In this document: one piece after another, positions 29,762-32,000 of the stretch
Numbering within the stretch: position 1 is the first letter of the stretch
Layout: every line of letters starts with the position of its first letter
DNA from: Horticoccus luteus
Lineage (GTDB): Bacteria > Verrucomicrobiota > Verrucomicrobiia > Opitutales > Opitutaceae
DNA length: 32,000 nt
Direction: 5' to 3'
Assembly: GCF_019464535.1 (NCBI RefSeq)
Contig: NZ_CP080507.1
Coordinates: 1,770,001-1,802,000 of the forward strand
Notes under the pieces: model-generated
What the model was told of the DNA's origin: nothing
Databases searched by the model: none
What the model saw: the letters and a program-made list of their open reading frames with translations, nothing else
Translations under genes and position numbers: made by a program

Positions 29762-31282
29762 TCAGGCCGTTCCCGGTGCGGGCCGGCCTTCGGTGCCGAT
29801 GGCGGCGCGACTTTCCGCGCGCATCTGGCCGCGCGGTGGCGGGAGCGGCGTGCGGTTGCTGATGTTATTGCCGTCGTGAGCGTGCAGGCCGAGGAACGTC
29901 AGCGAGGAGACGATCGTGACGGCACCGAGCGCGAAGAATGCTTTGTGCAAGGCAGGAATCGTCTGGGCGGCGTTGGTCTGGTCGACGTGGCCGAGGAAAT
30001 AGCCGGCAATGAGGGAGCCGAGGGCGACGCCAAAGCTCAGAGAGAGTTGTTGCGCAGTGCTGGAGAGACTGCCGGCCTTGCTCGCGTCGACGTCGTCGAT
30101 GTCGGCATAGACGAGGGAATTCATGGCCGTGAACTGGAGCGAGGCGACGAAGCCTTGGGTGAAGCTCAACGCAAGAATGGCGAGGAGCGGCGCCCCGCGA
30201 TCGATCTGGGTGAAGAGCATCATCGTAAGGCCGAGAACAAGCGTGTTGGCGAGCAGGACGGTGCGATGCCCGAAGCGCCGGAGGACGGGACGACTGATGA
30301 TCTTCATCGCCATCGCGGCGAGTGCTTGCGGCACGGTGAGCAATCCCGCCTGCCACGGCGCGTAGCCGAGGCCGAGTTGGTAGAGCAAGGGAAGGAGGAA
30401 CGGCATGCCGCCGAAGCCGAGACGGGTGACAAACCCGCCGAGCACGGAAACGCGAAAGGTGCGGACCTTGAACAGCGCCAGTTCAAGCAGCGGTTTGACC
30501 ACGCGGCGCGCGTGCCAGCCGTAACCGGCGAGAAGTGCGACCGCGACGACGCTAATGGCAGTGAGCTGGCTCGCCGGGTGGCTATGCTCGCCGAAGACTT
30601 CGAGCACATAGGACACGAGCGCGATGCCGCTGCAGAATAAGAAAAAACCCGCGCGGTCGAGAGGTGGTGACTCCGGATCGCGGTAGTCAGGCATGAAGCG
30701 CCGCGTCATCCAGAGGCCAAAGAGCGCGAGCGGAATATTAACGAAAAAAATCACGCGCCAGGAGGTGATGTGCACGATCAGGCCACCTGTAAAAGGGCCG
30801 AGGAGCGGGCCAAGCAGGGCGGGGATGATGACGTAGTTCATCGTCCGCAGCATCTCCGAACGAGGAAACGTGCGCACCAAAGCGACACGTGCGACGGGCG
30901 TCATCATGGCGCCGCCGATGCCTTGCAGGACACGCGCGGCGACGAGGAGCGGGACGCTGGGGGCGAGTCCGCAGCCGAGGGAGCCGAGCAGAAAAAGCCA
31001 GATGGCGACGCGAAAGACACGGCAAGTGCCGAAGCGGTCCGCGAACCAGCCGCTCACGGGGATGAAAACGGCGAGACTCAACGTATAACTCGTGAGCACC
31101 GCCTTGAGACTGAGCGGTTCGACGCGCAGGCTTTCGGCCATCGTCGGCACAGCCGTGTTCACGATCGTGGCATCGAGATTTTCCATGAACAACGCCATCG
31201 CCACGAGCCACGGCAAAAAGCGTCGAATGCGCGCGAGATCGCCCGCGGCGAGCGCGGTGCGATCAGAGGCGGCGGAGTCCAT
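29762..31282 (-). CDS. MFS transporter, DHA2/EmrB-like (14-TMS type)
   Basis: FMENLDATIVNTAVPTM and WFADRFGTCRVF (motif A-like) near the N-terminus, with about 14 hydrophobic segments. I use the ATG at 31282 (MDSAASDR). Confidence 0.88.
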   Translation of the reverse strand: MDSAASDRTALAAGDLARIRRFLPWLVAMALFMENLDATIVNTAVPTMAESLRVEPLSLKAVLTSYTLSLAVFIPVSGWFADRFGTCRVFRVAIWLFLLGSLGCGLAPSVPLLVAARVLQGIGGAMMTPVARVALVRTFPRSEMLRTMNYVIIPALLGPLLGPFTGGLIVHITSWRVIFFVNIPLALFGLWMTRRFMPDYRDPESPPLDRAGFFLFCSGIALVSYVLEVFGEHSHPASQLTAISVVAVALLAGYGWHARRVVKPLLELALFKVRTFRVSVLGGFVTRLGFGGMPFLLPLLYQLGLGYAPWQAGLLTVPQALAAMAMKIISRPVLRRFGHRTVLLANTLVLGLTMMLFTQIDRGAPLLAILALSFTQGFVASLQFTAMNSLVYADIDDVDASKAGSLSSTAQQLSLSFGVALGSLIAGYFLGHVDQTNAAQTIPALHKAFFALGAVTIVSSLTFLGLHAHDGNNISNRTPLPPPRGQMRAESRAAIGTEGRPAPGTA

Positions 31283-31386
31283 GGGCGACGGATAGCAGGA
31301 TTTTCCGCAGTGGCAACGCGGTGCGCGGAAATGGGATTCGTTCACGTGTCCGCACCACGGTTCGCCGTTCGTTGGACAGGAGCACC

Positions 31387-31464
31387 ATGTTCATTGTCCT
31401 CGCGCTCATCATCGCGGTTTGTTTGATCGTCGCCGTGGATGGCTCATCGGCGAACGGTCCGTGA
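31387..31464 (+). CDS. Candidate 25-aa hydrophobic peptide (MFIVLALIIAVCLIVAVDGSSANGP)
   Basis: AGGAG at 31378-31382 lies 4 nt before the ATG. 18 of 24 codons after the ATG end in G/C. It has one TM-length hydrophobic stretch. It is too short for the ORF track. Confidence 0.25.
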   Translation: MFIVLALIIAVCLIVAVDGSSANGP

Positions 31465-31637
31465 GCAGCCATCGCGGCGATCAATCTCTCAACGTCTCAT
31501 TGTGCCATGGCAACGCGTGCTCCCTGTCTTTCGCCCGACGGTCCCGTGCCGACCGCGGTGCGAATGGGCGCGTGCAAGATGTCGAAGATGGGAGCGGGTC
31601 GCGGCGGATGTGCGGCGCGGTCCTGCGCCAGCCTGCG

Positions 31638-32000
31638 ATGAAACCATCCGCTGAATCGGCGACCGGCCAAATCGCGACGCGTTGCTGCATCGTAGGTGGA
31701 GGACCGGCGGGGATGATGACGGGGATGTTGCTCGCGCGGAGCGGCGTCGAGGTGGTCGTGCTGGAAAAGCATGCGGACTTTCTCCGCGATTTTCGTGGTG
31801 ACACGATTCATCCCTCGACGATGGAGGTGATGCACGAACTCGGGTGGCTGGAGGCGTTTCTTCAGCGGCCGCACGAACGGGTCGAGCAACTGACGGGATT
31901 TATCGAAGGCGAGGCGGTGCCAATAGCGGACTTCACGCATCTGCCGGTGCAGGCGCCTTACATCGCGTTGATGCCGCAATGGGATTTCCTGAATTTCGTC
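31638..32000 (+). CDS. FAD-dependent oxidoreductase/monooxygenase (5' part, runs off the window)
   Basis: The frame from ATG 31638 reads MKPSAESATGQIATRCCIVGGGPAGMMTGMLLARSGVEVVVLEKHADFLRDFRGDTIHPSTMEVMHELGWL. This is a GxGxxG dinucleotide-binding fold plus a conserved DFRGDTIHPST block. An alternative in-frame ATG lies at 31608. It is not in the track because no stop falls inside the window. Confidence 0.8.
   Translation, partial: MKPSAESATGQIATRCCIVGGGPAGMMTGMLLARSGVEVVVLEKHADFLRDFRGDTIHPSTMEVMHELGWLEAFLQRPHERVEQLTGFIEGEAVPIADFTHLPVQAPYIALMPQWDFLNFV

Overview
This is a GC-rich bacterial chromosomal segment. My guess is a Verrucomicrobia/Opitutaceae-like genome, which I cannot verify without a search. 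All protein calls come from reading the supplied translations for family motifs; no BLAST or HMM was run.

Gene order, left to right:
- a truncated exported-protein gene (-)
- a translationally coupled hybrid sensor kinase and REC-LuxR regulator pair (-)
- a LysR regulator (-) divergent from leuC-leuD (+)
- an ExbB/ExbD-type pair (+)
- an SDR oxidoreductase (+)
- the SOS mutagenesis cassette lexA-imuA-imuB-dnaE2 (-)
- speA (-)
- yajC-secDF-recJ (+)
- tRNA-Arg(ACG) (+)
- an unclassified membrane protein and a YceH/DUF480 protein (+)
- a CPBP protease (-)
- osmC and a small acidic ORF (+)
- a gamma-glutamyltransferase-family gene, a GT2 glycosyltransferase and a DHA2-type MFS transporter (all -)
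- the 5' end of an FAD-dependent oxidoreductase (+)

I found no CRISPR array, transposase, integrase, rRNA or obvious pseudogene. I also see no convincing novel multi-gene system.

The signals most worth follow-up:
1. Two near-identical 18-bp 7-4-7 palindromes bracket the kinase/regulator operon.
2. A perfect palindrome (core TGCTC-N4-GAGCA) lies on the lexA start codon.
3. The hybrid kinase has an 81-residue post-receiver tail and no Hpt is visible in the window.
4. Several Shine-Dalgarno-preceded or start/stop-coupled mini-ORFs sit in the two largest non-coding gaps (23.2-23.4 kb and 31.3-31.6 kb).

Many long ORFs in the track are antisense or alternate-frame shadows, as expected in GC-rich DNA, and are rejected.
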